DNA from: Octopus bimaculoides
Lineage: Eukaryota
Length of the DNA stretch: 64,000 bases
Direction: 5' to 3'
NCBI RefSeq assembly: GCF_001194135.2
Contig: NC_069003.1
Span: forward strand, 37,426,076-37,490,075
The position numbers were made by a program, and so were the translations under genes. Every line of letters starts with the position of its first letter. Position 1 is the first letter of the stretch. Below, in pieces: positions 26,635 to 38,154 of the stretch. The notes under the pieces were generated by a model, which was not told where the DNA came from, did no database searches, and saw only the letters and a list, made by a program, of their open reading frames with translations.

Positions 26635-27693
26635 GTAACTAAGCTGCTGTGTTCTCTATTTCACTAAAACCTTGTATATCCATCAGTTTGTGTGATTGCC
26701 TCTTTGATCATCCAACTGCCAGCTCAATCATTTGACTACCTCTCCAATGGACTATCAATCTATTTGTCTGTCTGATTGTCTGATCGATTATCTGTTTGCC
26801 TGCATACCTGCCTGCCAGTCTCATTGTCTAACAATCTAATTACACTTTGTAACACATTTTGTTCCCAAATTGTGTTATTTGCTTATTGCTTATGATGAAA
26901 AAGTATAGAAAATAGTTGCCTTTTCCTTCAAACTTTACTCTTGCAACCTGTTTGATGAGATTTTGAAATTTACCTATTTTTTTCTGTGGGAAAAACGAGT
27001 GTATTTATACATTTTCATTCGCATAAGATCAGAAAAATCAACAGATGAATCAACTTTAACATGTACATACGGTTAGGTTATATAAAAGCGAACACAAAAG
27101 TTCAAAAGTGAGTGGAATTGAAATATAAATTACTTTCAGATTCAGCCTCAAAAAAATCTCCCCAGTTTTCATTATATGCTCCATGCTAGCAGTGTTCAAA
27201 GTCCAGGATATCCTAATTAAATCACTTGCCTTACTTCATTAAGTATGTCTCCTTATTCTCTCCTTCAGTTTATCAAGATGGGCAAAAGTAGAATTGAACT
27301 AAGAATTGTAAGATAACAAACCATTTGTTAATTCTTACAGAAACTAAAGCAATGTTTCTGCCCCGTAGTAAACTACTTTCAGCTGAATGGAGTGGGTCAA
27401 TTGAGAGTTTAGTATCATTGTCATAGAGACAATGAAATACCAGTGTCAAGGAATAAGTCACTGACCTCAGATTGGTTGTCCAGTATTTTGGCCATCTACA
27501 CATTCATGTTGTCTGCACTTTGTGGTTAATCAAAAAAAAAATCACTCCTGACACTTTTATCCTTCTTCAACCTCATTACATTAGCTAGGGATCCCACATT
27601 GTATATTAAAAAACCCTTAATTACAATTATAGAGCATTGGGGGTTGGTAAATAAGAAGTAATCAGTGCTATGTTTGACTTTCTTTAATTTCAG

Positions 27694-27927
27694 CCACAGC
27701 AGGGTCAGCAGAGACCCTTGAGCCACAAAAAGAGGGTAAACCTGTTGAAACTGTAAGTGTACAGACTGAGGAGACAGCTGCTGACAGAGAAAAGCCAGTA
27801 CTGTACGATATCAACATCCAAGAACATGCACGGCCAGAAAATACGCCACTTCGTATCAATTTCAACCTGCCTCAGCATACTTGTCCAAAATCAGCAGCTG
27901 AACCTCCTTCAGATGAGGAATCTCAAG
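27694..27927 (+). CDS. Repeat exon R6 (…VETVSVQTE…YDINIQEH…PLRINFNLPQHTCP…)
   Basis: tttaatttcAG acceptor, G|GTATTT donor, 234 nt, phase 1-1. Confidence 0.85.
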
Positions 27928-28413
27928 GTATTTATTCCATTGGTCTCTCTGTCTGATTGTGTGTCTGTATTATCATATAAGTGTCAAAAATATATTATTG
28001 TAAAGTGCCTTCACAGTTTTAAAAGGATTCTATCACTGTATTGCATGAGATGGAGATTTTTGTGAACAGATCTGCCAGAAATTGCTCAAAATTGTACATC
28101 TCCAAATAAATCACCAACCTTTTAATGAGCACCTTTGCCAAAATCTTAAAATTCTTGTTGAGTTGGGCTTTAGGTATGAAGTTGTATATAATAGTCATTG
28201 CGTCATCCTTCACAACTATTGTCCTTAGCTGTTTAGTCCAAAATCTGTTTTTATTTCAGAAATACCACTTCAACCAGACATCCAAATTTTATATAGAAAT
28301 GCTGAAAGTAATGAATGTTACCATGTACCATTGTCTTATCTTTTTATAATTATAGGAGACAAAAAAAACTAATCAATGCTATGTTTGACTTTCTTAAATT
28401 TCATCTCCACCAG

Positions 28414-28614
28414 AATCCTCTGACTCACAAAATGAAGATGAAGTTACTGATGGTGTGGGTGTACAAACTATTGAGACAGGTGATGATAGGCCGAAACCAG
28501 TGCAGTACAAGATCAACATCCAAGAACACAAGCGCCCAGCTACCTCACCACTCCATATTACTCTGAACCAACCTCGTCATACCTGTCCAGCATCAACAGT
28601 TCAATCCCCTCCAG
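28414..28614 (+). CDS. Repeat exon R7 (…TDGVGVQTI…YKINIQEH…PLHITLNQPRHTCP…)
   Basis: ctccaccAG acceptor (shifted 9 nt from the ancestral site), G|GTAACA donor, 201 nt, phase 1-1. Confidence 0.8.
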
Positions 28615-29057
28615 GTAACATTTGGATTCTCAGTCCAATTTTGGGTCAGTCAGTTTGTCTGTTTGTTTGATCATCTGACCACCAGCTTCATTGTTTGTAT
28701 AACTGTCTATCAATCTGTTGATTCATCTGATATCAGCTCAGTTGTTCAACTATACACATCTGTTTAACCTTCACTTATACAAGTGTTGGGAATAATAAAA
28801 AAAAAATCATTAAAAAAAAATAGATAAACTACAAAATACAAAATCATCAACACAAATATTTCGAGAAAGGGCAGAGATATTTTCTTTCTAAAGGACTCAT
28901 GGTGATGACTTCACAGTTAAGGATTGGGGAAATATCCAGGTGTAAAAATGTCTGCCCGCCCCAACCAAAAAAAAGAACTTAAATGCGGATAGTGAGAGAG
29001 AGATATAAAGCACTAAAATAAAATAAAAAATTAACTTAAAAACTTGCTTAATTTCAG

Positions 29058-29276
29058 CTACACCACAGCCTGCCAAAAAACCTAAAATTATGAAGGACCT
29101 GAGTGTGCAGACAGGTGAGAATGGTGCTGAAAAGTCAAGCCCAAACCAGTACCAGTTCAATATCCCAAAACAGTCAGGCCTGGAATCCTCACCAATACGT
29201 ATCCATGTGAATGTACCTCCTCATGACTGTCAATCGCCATCAACAGTTAAACGGCCATCAGTCAGAGACATCTCAG
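29058..29276 (+). CDS. Repeat exon R8 (…MKDLSVQTG…PIRIHVNVPPHDCQ…)
   Basis: ttaatttcAG acceptor, G|GTAAGT donor, 219 nt, phase 1-1. Confidence 0.85.
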
Positions 29277-29462
29277 GTAAGTAAATTGGTCCAGTCCAGC
29301 CGTGTGTTTGTGTTGTAGTGGAAATGGTATTCCCCTTCCCATGTATCAGTGTCAGAGAGGTCAGCAGAAGTAGAGTCATTGTATGAGTTCTCAGTTGGAG
29401 TCAGTGTCAGTTCCATGTGATATACGAGTTTGAGTTCCTGCCAAAGTAGCTGTTTAAGAGTC

Positions 29463-30402
29463 ATTGTCTAGCAGATGAGCCTCATCCCGAAAGATCTGTA
29501 GAGCTCAACCAGGATGTCCTGCAAACCCTGGGGGAACAAAATTCCATAATAACTGTTGAGGAATTAGCAGAGGAGTTTGGATTTGGACATTCAACCATTC
29601 ATCAACACCTTCATGCCATTGGAAAAGTCAGGAAATTGGGTCAATGGGTTCCTCACAAACTTTCCAAGTTTAATCGCATGCATAGAATGAATGTATGCTC
29701 TTCTTTGCTGTTGCATCACATGAATGAACCTTTTTGGACCGAATAGTGACAAGTGACAAGAAATGGGTTCTCTATAAAAATGTCAAGTGCCTAGGACATT
29801 GGGTAAGGAAAGGAGAAACACTGGCACCCCAGGCTAAAGAAGGTCTTCACCCATGTAAGTTGTTGTTAACTCTTTTGTAGAATATGAAAGGTTTAGTCCA
29901 GTTTGAACTTTTAAACCCAAACCAAATGAAAAGAAAGAAGATCTACTGTGAGCAGCTTGAGTGGCTTAAGTCAGCGCTAGAAGAAAAATGACCATCTTTG
30001 GTTTCAAGGCAAAAGGTATTCTTCCATCAGGATAATGCTCAGCGACATACAGGGAGGATGACATTCCAAAGGCTGGAACAGTTTGAATGGGAAACGGTGC
30101 CCCACCCACCATATTCACCAGACATTGTCCCATCTGATTATCATTTATTCTGTAATCTTCAAAATCATTTGGATGGAAAAATATGAATCCTGTAGACAAG
30201 GTCAAAACAATACTAGAGGACTATTTTTCATGAAAGATATGTGAATTTTGGAAGAGGGGCTTTGCAAGTCTACCAGATAGATGAAAGAGCATTGTAGAAA
30301 ATGAAGGAGAGAATATTTTAGATTAAAAAAGAACTTTGCTTATCTTAATTTTGAAAAATAAAAGAAGTATAAAAAAAATCAACATTATTTATGGGATGAC
30401 AG
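29463..30402 (+). mobile_element. Degenerate mariner transposase
   Basis: WVPHKL, VTSDKKW, FHQDNA, YSPDIVPSDYHLF motifs; stops and frameshifts. Confidence 0.9.
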
Positions 30403-30826
30403 AAAAGTTAAATAAAGAAGAACCAATCAATTCTATGTGCAAACCTCCTGTATTTCTTGCACAACTAGAGACCTCATACACTGAATAAAGAAGTGCACAT
30501 TGGTTTGATGGTTACAGCATCACATTGCCTTTCCTTTTACAACTACAGAACTTGTGATTAATTTAAAAGAATTAATCAATGCTGTGTTTGAAACTTTTAT
30601 TTAATTCAGCCACATTTATGATCAACCATGAGGGTTAATCATAATGTGATATATTTAGAAATAGTTATGGAGGGGAATGGCACAATATCTCATTGCTTTT
30701 TCACCTTAAAACTACAAAATAAAAAGAACTAATTAGTGTTACGAAGAACTAATTAGTGTTACGAAGAACTAATTAGTGTTACGAAGAACTAATTAGTGTT
30801 ATGCTTGATTTTTTTTTTCCTTTCAG

Positions 30827-31012
30827 ACTCATCACAGCCACCAAAACGACCTAAACAAGTTGGGGACATGAGTGTACAGACTGATAATGAAACTAGCAAA
30901 TCAAAGATAACTCAGGCAGACAAGCATGGACATGTGTATATCAATGTGAAGGTACCTCCTCACACCTGTACCCTGCAGACAGCTAATCCCAACTTAGACA
31001 AGAGCACTCAAG
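30827..31012 (+). CDS. Repeat exon R9 (…VGDMSVQTD…KITQAD…VYINVKVPPHTC…)
   Basis: ttcctttcAG acceptor, G|GTAACT donor, 186 nt, phase 1-1. Confidence 0.85.
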
Positions 31013-31273
31013 GTAACTAAACTCCCTTGCATTCAGTTCAGCTGTGTGTCTGCCTGCCTATCAATTTGAAGGATTGCCTCTTTGATCATCTGACCACCAG
31101 CTCAATTATATATCTGTCTGTTTGTCTATTAACTGGTCTTTGTATCTATCTCTTCATCAGTCTGGCTGCATGTCTAACAGTCTGTCTCACATAAATACAG
31201 TCAAATCATCCAACCCATGCCAGCATGGAAAGTGGATGTTAAACGATGATGATGATGATACACACACATACAC

Positions 31274-31316
<43 letters not shown>

Positions 31317-31381
31317 CATACATGCACATATAATGGTTTAATGATGAACTAATCAGTGCTATATTTTATCTTTAATTTCAG

Positions 31382-31588
31382 CCACCCGAAAGCAATCAAA
31401 ACCAGCTACATATAAGGGTGAAGGTATGCAGACCAGTATGGCATCTACTGACGATTCAAAGATGATACAGACTAAAAATCAGTATTATGTACTCCCAGAT
31501 GGCACACCTTTCTATATCACTTTGAACACAGCTTCTGTCACCAATCAACAAGCAGCAACACAACCCAACTCTGTTGGCAAAAGTCCAG
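31382..31588 (+). CDS. Repeat exon R10 (…KGEGMQTS…KMIQTK…PDGTPFYITLN…)
   Basis: 207 nt, phase 1-1; a 3-nt deletion relative to R11-R13 keeps the frame. Confidence 0.85.
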
Positions 31589-32829
31589 GTAACTAACAAA
31601 TATGTAACATAGAAATGGAGAGAAGTTTTGAAATCAGCATGAAAAATTAGTCTCAAAGAGTTGGTCTGCATTCATGATGAGTATAATACATTTAATTTTG
31701 TTGGCCAGTGTTATCAATCCGATTGCTTGTCTGTCTGTTTGATCATCTGACTTCCCTTTTACTTGCCCACTTCACTGTTTAACTGTCTAATTATCTGTCT
31801 AGCTGTCTGCCTTCTAGGCACTGCCTGCCTCCACCTGTCTCCAAGAGCCTATGTTTTACTGTCTGTGTGATTGATAGCTTACATCCACATTGAGGGGGGG
31901 GGGCTTCTGAAAGTAATTCTGAGAATAATGAAAAACATTTAAAATGGACTATGAAAATAGGAAACTTCCCAACATAAATATTGTAGAAATCAGTTTATTT
32001 AAGGATAAATAATCTTTATTAAGGATTATATCATTAAAGACAAAAAAATAACCTGTATACATACTTCAAATCTCCAGCATTAACACATATTCCTGCAAAC
32101 AACTCATGCATAAGACACATGTATACACATGGTAGTTACATAGTACATACACAATATGTGCAACTCACATGCATGCATACACACACATACAAGATACATA
32201 TACATGCATTCAGACTACCACACATACATAGCACAAACACAGCAAATGCAAACACGAACAAGTTTGGCACAAACACATCACACAGACATGAAATAATTAT
32301 AGGAAAGTGGTTATACACCATTAGGTGTACACCCGCTTTCCTATNNNNNNNNNNNNNNNNNNNNNNNNNNNNNNNNNNNNNNNNNNNNNNNNNNNNNNNN
32401 NNNNNNNNNNNNNNNNNNNNNNNNNNNNNNNNNNNNNNNNNNNNCTATATTAAATTCTAAATAAACAACGAAACGCTGACTCCGAACTATCAACGCAACA
32501 ATATTTATTTATGGTGAAAATTTGTGAAGCTCTGGTGCTGACATGTTAGAGAGCTCCGCTGTTGGACATCTGTCCTCGTCACCGGCCGGCGAGAAAAGAG
32601 AAAGAATCAGGGCACCAAACTTGGATATTGATGACTACGCATGCGCACAAGACAAGGCTTACTACATAATCATTAAAAACTAGATATTTATGCCTAAAAG
32701 AAGAGAAAAGGTCATGCAGACCGAAATCAGCTGTGATCGAACTGCTAACCACTCATGTACATCTGCCACTGAAAGTGATTCCATTATACCTTGTGTACTT
32801 ATAGTTCACATTGTCTACACTGTATGGAG

Positions 32830-33240
32830 TCAACTCCTTTCCTGCATAATAAATAAAAACCATTTCTCTGAGGGTAGCAGAGTTGTCTCTGCTTTTCAGT
32901 TGACTAAAACTTTAGTTGATGTCAAGTTTATTCTGAACTGTCTTGATTTTAGGTTTGGCTTCTTCCAGGTCTAGAATTCTTCTCTACGTCTGCTCTAAGG
33001 AGTAGGTTATCAGCATATAGGAGTGGCCATGGACGGCTGGTCTTAATCTTCTCTGTAATATCTTAAAGAACTCTAACTGGGAGCCAAGTCATGTGGAACA
33101 TCTTTTTGCATGCTAAATTCCCCATTATCAACTCTCACTTTTCTACTTGCTAAAACTTTGGTCTTTGCCTCGATCAATCCTTATTGCTAGAACTATAATT
33201 GCAGTCGTCATGTCCTTCAACCTGGTCATCATGGTGCTTC
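32830..33240 (-). mobile_element. RTE RT fragment
   Basis: Minus-strand LLYADNL motif. Confidence 0.55.
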
Positions 33241-33833
33241 CCAAAATAAGCAATGAAAGTCACTAGTCAAAGACATTCCGTTGAGGTGATTCACAAAAAG
33301 GGCCTCATAAAACCCACTCCTTTTGCTCATTAGACAGTTCTGTTTATGGTACATATGCAAAGATAATAATTGCTGTTGCTTTACCTGCAATTAGCCGAAA
33401 CTTAATTATTCTCTTACATTCTGTATACTTTAATTACATTACCTGTCCAATCTTCCCCCACCAGTATTCCTCTCGTAAACCAACGTTGTTACCTGCCCCT
33501 CCAAAGTATGTACCTGGTTTCATTACTGAAGTTCCTTTTGCATGCCATTTACTGTAGACATCTACTTGCCCCCACTCCGGCATCTCTGTACTTGCACAAT
33601 TTTACCTTTCATTGTGTAGACGGAGATAATTACAACCTTGGGTTGTGACTAGTTTAATCCTCAAGGTCTGTCCTCTGCATTTGAAAGAAATGTGCATGTA
33701 CTTAATGATGGTCAAGAGGTTCATGCACACTGTCATGTTTTTACCCTAACCATCCTATTATCATGTGTAGCATTAGCACGGTAAGGGCTAATCCCTCTCT
33801 CTCAGTTCAGCTATGTTTGATCTCTAATTTCAG

Positions 33834-34043
33834 CCGCTCAAAAGCAATCAAAACCAGCTACATATAATAAGGATGTAGGCATGCAGACCAGTATGACATC
33901 TACTGACGATTCAAAGATGATACAGACTAAAAATCAGCATTATGTACTCCCAGATGGCACACCTGTCTATATCACTTTGAACACACCTTCTCTCACCTGT
34001 CAACAAGCAACAACACAACCCAACTCTGTTGGCAAAACTCCAG
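33834..34043 (+). CDS. Repeat exon R11 (…NKDVGMQTS…KMIQTK…)
   Basis: 210 nt, phase 1-1, G|GTAACT donor. Confidence 0.85.
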
Positions 34044-34634
34044 GTAACTAACAACAAGCTACTCCTGTGTGATTATGTCAGATTACTTGTCAAATTGTGT
34101 GTCTAATCCCCTGATTACACTGGTCAGCAAGTATTTTTCATCAAGCATATGTCAAGGTGTACCTAGTGTAGTTTTTAACACTGGTTTCAAATATAGAAAT
34201 TAGATTTTTGACATCATGTACAGATCAGGAAGTTTTTTGGTTCTAACTCATGCATTATCAAGAAATTCCAATTAATGACGTGTATGCATGCATTTCATTT
34301 ACTTCATGGAAAAATACCTTTAAAATAAACTATGTTATTCATTGCTGCATAGTTCAGATGCAGTATTTCATCTTCTTAAATTAAACAATCAAGTTTTGTC
34401 TGATGAAATGGGTATTGTATTGCTAAAAATGATATTGTATCCATATGTGTTCCATAATGGCATCGCATCCGGAAGTATTTGGTTAGAGTTCTAGAGTGAA
34501 CCTTTTAAGTACACAGCTGTACCTGTACATGTATCAATGTGTGTGTGTGTGTGTGTGCACGCGAGTGTATGAGTGTGTGTATATGTACATGCATATACAT
34601 ATATATACACACATATATACATACATATGTATAC

Positions 34635-34667
<33 letters not shown>

Positions 34668-34972
34668 NNNNNNNNNNNNNNNNNNNNNNNNNNNNNNNNN
34701 NNNNNNNNNNNNNNNNNNNNNNNNNNNNNNNNNNNNNNNNNNNNNNNNNNNNNNNNNNNNNNNNNNNNNNNNNNNNNNNNNNNNNNNNNNNNNNNNNNNN
34801 NNNNNNNNNNNNNNNNNNNNNNNNNNNNNNNNNNNNNNNNNNNNNNNNNNNNNNNNNNNNNNNNNNNNNNNNNNNNNNATATATATATATATATATATAC
34901 ATGCATACATATATGCATATATAATGGTTTAATGATGAACTAATCAGTGCTATATTTGATCTTTAATTTCAG

Positions 34973-35182
34973 GCACCCGAAAGCAATCAAAACCAGCTAC
35001 ATATAATAAGGATGAAGGTATGCAGACCAGTATGGCATCTACTGACGATTCAAAGATGATACAGACTAAAAATCAACATTATGTACTCCCAGATGGCACA
35101 CCTGTCTATATCACTTTGAACACACCTTCTCACACCTGTCAACAAGCAACAACACAACCCAACACCATTGGCAAAACTTCAG
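34973..35182 (+). CDS. Repeat exon R12 (…NKDEGMQTS…KMIQTK…)
   Basis: 210 nt, phase 1-1, G|GTAACT donor. Confidence 0.85.
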
Positions 35183-35747
35183 GTAACTAACAACAAGCTA
35201 CTCCTGTGTGATTATGTCAGATTGTGTGTCTAATCCTCTGATCATCAATCCGATTGCTTGTCTGTCTGTTTGATCATCTGACTTCCCTTTTACTTGCCCA
35301 CTTCACTGTTTAACTGTCTAATTATCTGTCTAGCTGTCTGCCTTCTAGGCACTGCCTGCCTCCACCTGTCTCCAAGAGCCTATGTTTTACTGTCTGTGTG
35401 ATTGATAGCTTACATCCACATTGGGGGGGGGGGCTTCTGAAAGTAATTCTGAGAATAATGAAAAACATTTAAAATGGACTATGAAAATAGGAAACTTCCC
35501 AACATAAATATTGTAGAAATCAGTATATTTAAGGATAAATAATCTTTATTAAGGATTATATCATTAAAGACAAAAAAATAACCTGTATACATACTTCAAA
35601 TCTCCAGCATTAACACATATTCCTGCAAACAACTCATGCATAAGACACATGTATACACATGGTAGTTACCTGCACATGTACCCATATGTGTGTTCTTGTG
35701 TGTGTGTGTACATGCATACATATAGATATATACATGCATACATGCAT

Positions 35748-35995
35748 AGTGAAAAAGAGAACACCTATTCTGAACTATTGAGAAATCTGCAGTCACTCTA
35801 TCCAGATTACAAGTTCAGATTTATACCTGTGATTATTGGAGAACTTGGGTATATTACACACTGCCTAAATACCAATCCTGAGAAATTAGGCTTCTAAAAA
35901 TCAGAAAGGAGAAAACTAATTCGAAGACTACAGATCCAGTCCATCACTGGAACTGTAAAAATCTGTAAAACTTTTGCAGAAATTTATCATTTAAA
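35748..35995 (+). mobile_element. REL-endonuclease-type LINE 3' fragment
   Basis: YSELLRNLQSLYPDYKFRFIPVIIGELG. Confidence 0.7.
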
Positions 35996-36303
35996 TATAT
36001 ATAATCATGTCTAGATATGCAAATATATGCATGAGAATACATACAGAAAACAAAACATACAAATCTGCACATATACATACATATATACACACAAAAATAC
36101 CCTGTTGTTGATGTTGAAATTTCAATGAAAGAGCCTTGGATCTAGGTTAGAAACTGGCTCTTTCTCTGTTGGCAAGAAATCTTGAAATAAAAATGAACAA
36201 TGACGTACATACATACATACAAACATCCATACATACAAGTATACACACACACATACATACACGCATGCAAGTGTGTGTGTGTGTGTGTGCCTATGTATGT
36301 ATG

Positions 36304-36950
36304 TGAGGCCTAACCAACAGGTATCGGGACTGGTGTTATAAAAACAAAACTACAACATGTACCAATTTGGCCTTTAATCTACTTCAAAGTAGTCCCCTTC
36401 AGAAGCCACACACTTAATCCAGCATTGTTTCCATTGATGGAAGCATTCCTGGAACTCATTTTCTGGGATAATCAGCAGATGCCTTGTGGCATTCACTTTG
36501 ATTTCCTCAATATCCTGAAATCTTCTCTCTTTCAAGCGAGATCTGATTTTTGGTAAGAGGAAAGAGTTGCAAGGGGCAGGATCTGGGGAATACAGTGGCT
36601 GTTGGGCCTGGGGAATGTTGGGCCTGGGGAATGCTGTGCCTCGACAAAAACTGCTGCACTGCATGGGTAGGTGCATTGCCATGGTGCAATTACCTCTCAC
36701 TGAACGCATGCAGTTGTGGCCTTTTCCGATGCATAGCATCCTGCAATCACTGCTAAACGCCACGGCAGTACTCTTTGTTTCCTCTTGGCCAGCTGGAGCC
36801 TACTCATCATGAATAATCCCCTTGAAGAAAATGGTCAACAGTTTCTTCACATTGCTTCAGTCTCGGAGAGGTTGGGAGTCTTCCACTGCAAAGATTGAGC
36901 CTCTGTTTTGGGGTCATAGCCATAGACACATGATTCATCACCCATTATGA
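36304..36950 (-). mobile_element. Mariner C-terminal half
   Basis: ITGDES, HHGNAP, YSPDPAPC, GDYFEVD motifs. Confidence 0.85.
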
Positions 36951-36968
36951 CTGTTTCTTTATTTTCAG

Positions 36969-37178
36969 CTGCCCAAAAGCAATCAAAACCAGCTACATTT
37001 AATAAAGATGTAGGCATGCAGACCAGTATGACATCTACTGACGATTCAAAGATGATACAGACTAAAAATCAGCATTATGTACTCCCAGATGGCACACCTG
37101 TCTATATCACTTTGAACGCACCTTCTCTCACCTGTCAACAAGCAACAACACAACCCAACACCATTGGCAAAAGTCCAG
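36969..37178 (+). CDS. Repeat exon R13 (…NKDVGMQTS…KMIQTK…)
   Basis: 210 nt, phase 1-1, G|GTAACT donor. Confidence 0.85.
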
Positions 37179-37947
37179 GTAACTAACAACAAGCTACTCC
37201 TGTGTGATTACGTCAGATTGTCTAATCCTCTGATCATCAATCCGATTGCTTGTCTGCCTTTTGCTTGCCTACTTCACTGTTTAATTTCTTCTCTCTCTCT
37301 CATGTGTATGTATGTATGTATTTATGTGTGTGTGTATATGTGTATGTTTGTATGTGGGGTCACTTATGAGGCTCTCATAAGTGCTACTGGTAACATGTAA
37401 TCCAGTACAACCTGTTGCATGGTCGGGTTGCCGGCAACTAAACTGGCACCCCCACCAGGCTACCCTGGTGAGGGGGTTGCTAGAAACCCAACAGGATTAA
37501 AAACAAGACCTGTTGAAAGCTCGGATGGACCTAGTGCAGGCTCAACGGCTATCTGGCAATAGCACGGGTACGCAGAAATACCGGGATGGTGTCCGGCGTG
37601 CTGAAAGACCACTGGGAGTGAGGCACCCCTCAGCTTTTGTTGAAGCATGTTTATGTGGGGAAATATCTGTTTGCTTGAAAACAGGTGATAGGAAGGGTAT
37701 CATGTAGAAAACTTGCCACAATGAACTCTGAGACCCATGTAAGCATAGAGAATGGACCTTAAAATGATGATGATGACGACGATGATAATGATGATGATAA
37801 TGGCTACCCCGATCCAGAATTGAAGACAGAAATATTTCAGTTCATGAATGTCACACCATCCCATTGTCTCTTCTCTTTTAACAACAGAACTTAGTGATTT
37901 AGTGAAAAACTAATCAACTCCATCTTCAATTTTTTTTAAAATTTCAG

Positions 37948-38154
37948 CCAGTCCAGCCCAGTCAAAGAGATCTAGACTGAAGGAGGATGTAGGTGTGCAG
38001 GCTGATGAGATATCTGACAATTCAAAGATGACACAGGTCAACAGTCAGAACTATGTGCTTCCAGATGGCTCGCCCCTCCAGTTCACTTTCAACAGGCCAC
38101 CTAACACTCATCCAAAAGCAACAGTGCAACCTACTTTGAATAGAAAAATTCCAG
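37948..38154 (+). CDS. Repeat exon R14 (…KEDVGVQAD…KMTQV…PDGSPLQFTFN…)
   Basis: aaatttcAG acceptor, G|GTAACT donor, 207 nt, phase 1-1. Confidence 0.85.

Noticed and set aside
11600-29215. Calcineurin PxIxIT docking reading of PLHINL / PIRIHV
   Set aside because: Hydrophobic register is shifted by one and the terminal T is missing
32690-32780. ORF containing EKVMQTE as a 15th repeat exon
   Set aside because: No phase-1 acceptor in that frame and no family-type flanks; likely chance or TE-derived
25620-38154. CRISPR-like or prokaryotic repeat array
   Set aside because: The repeats are spliceosomal exon-intron units of variable length in eukaryotic DNA
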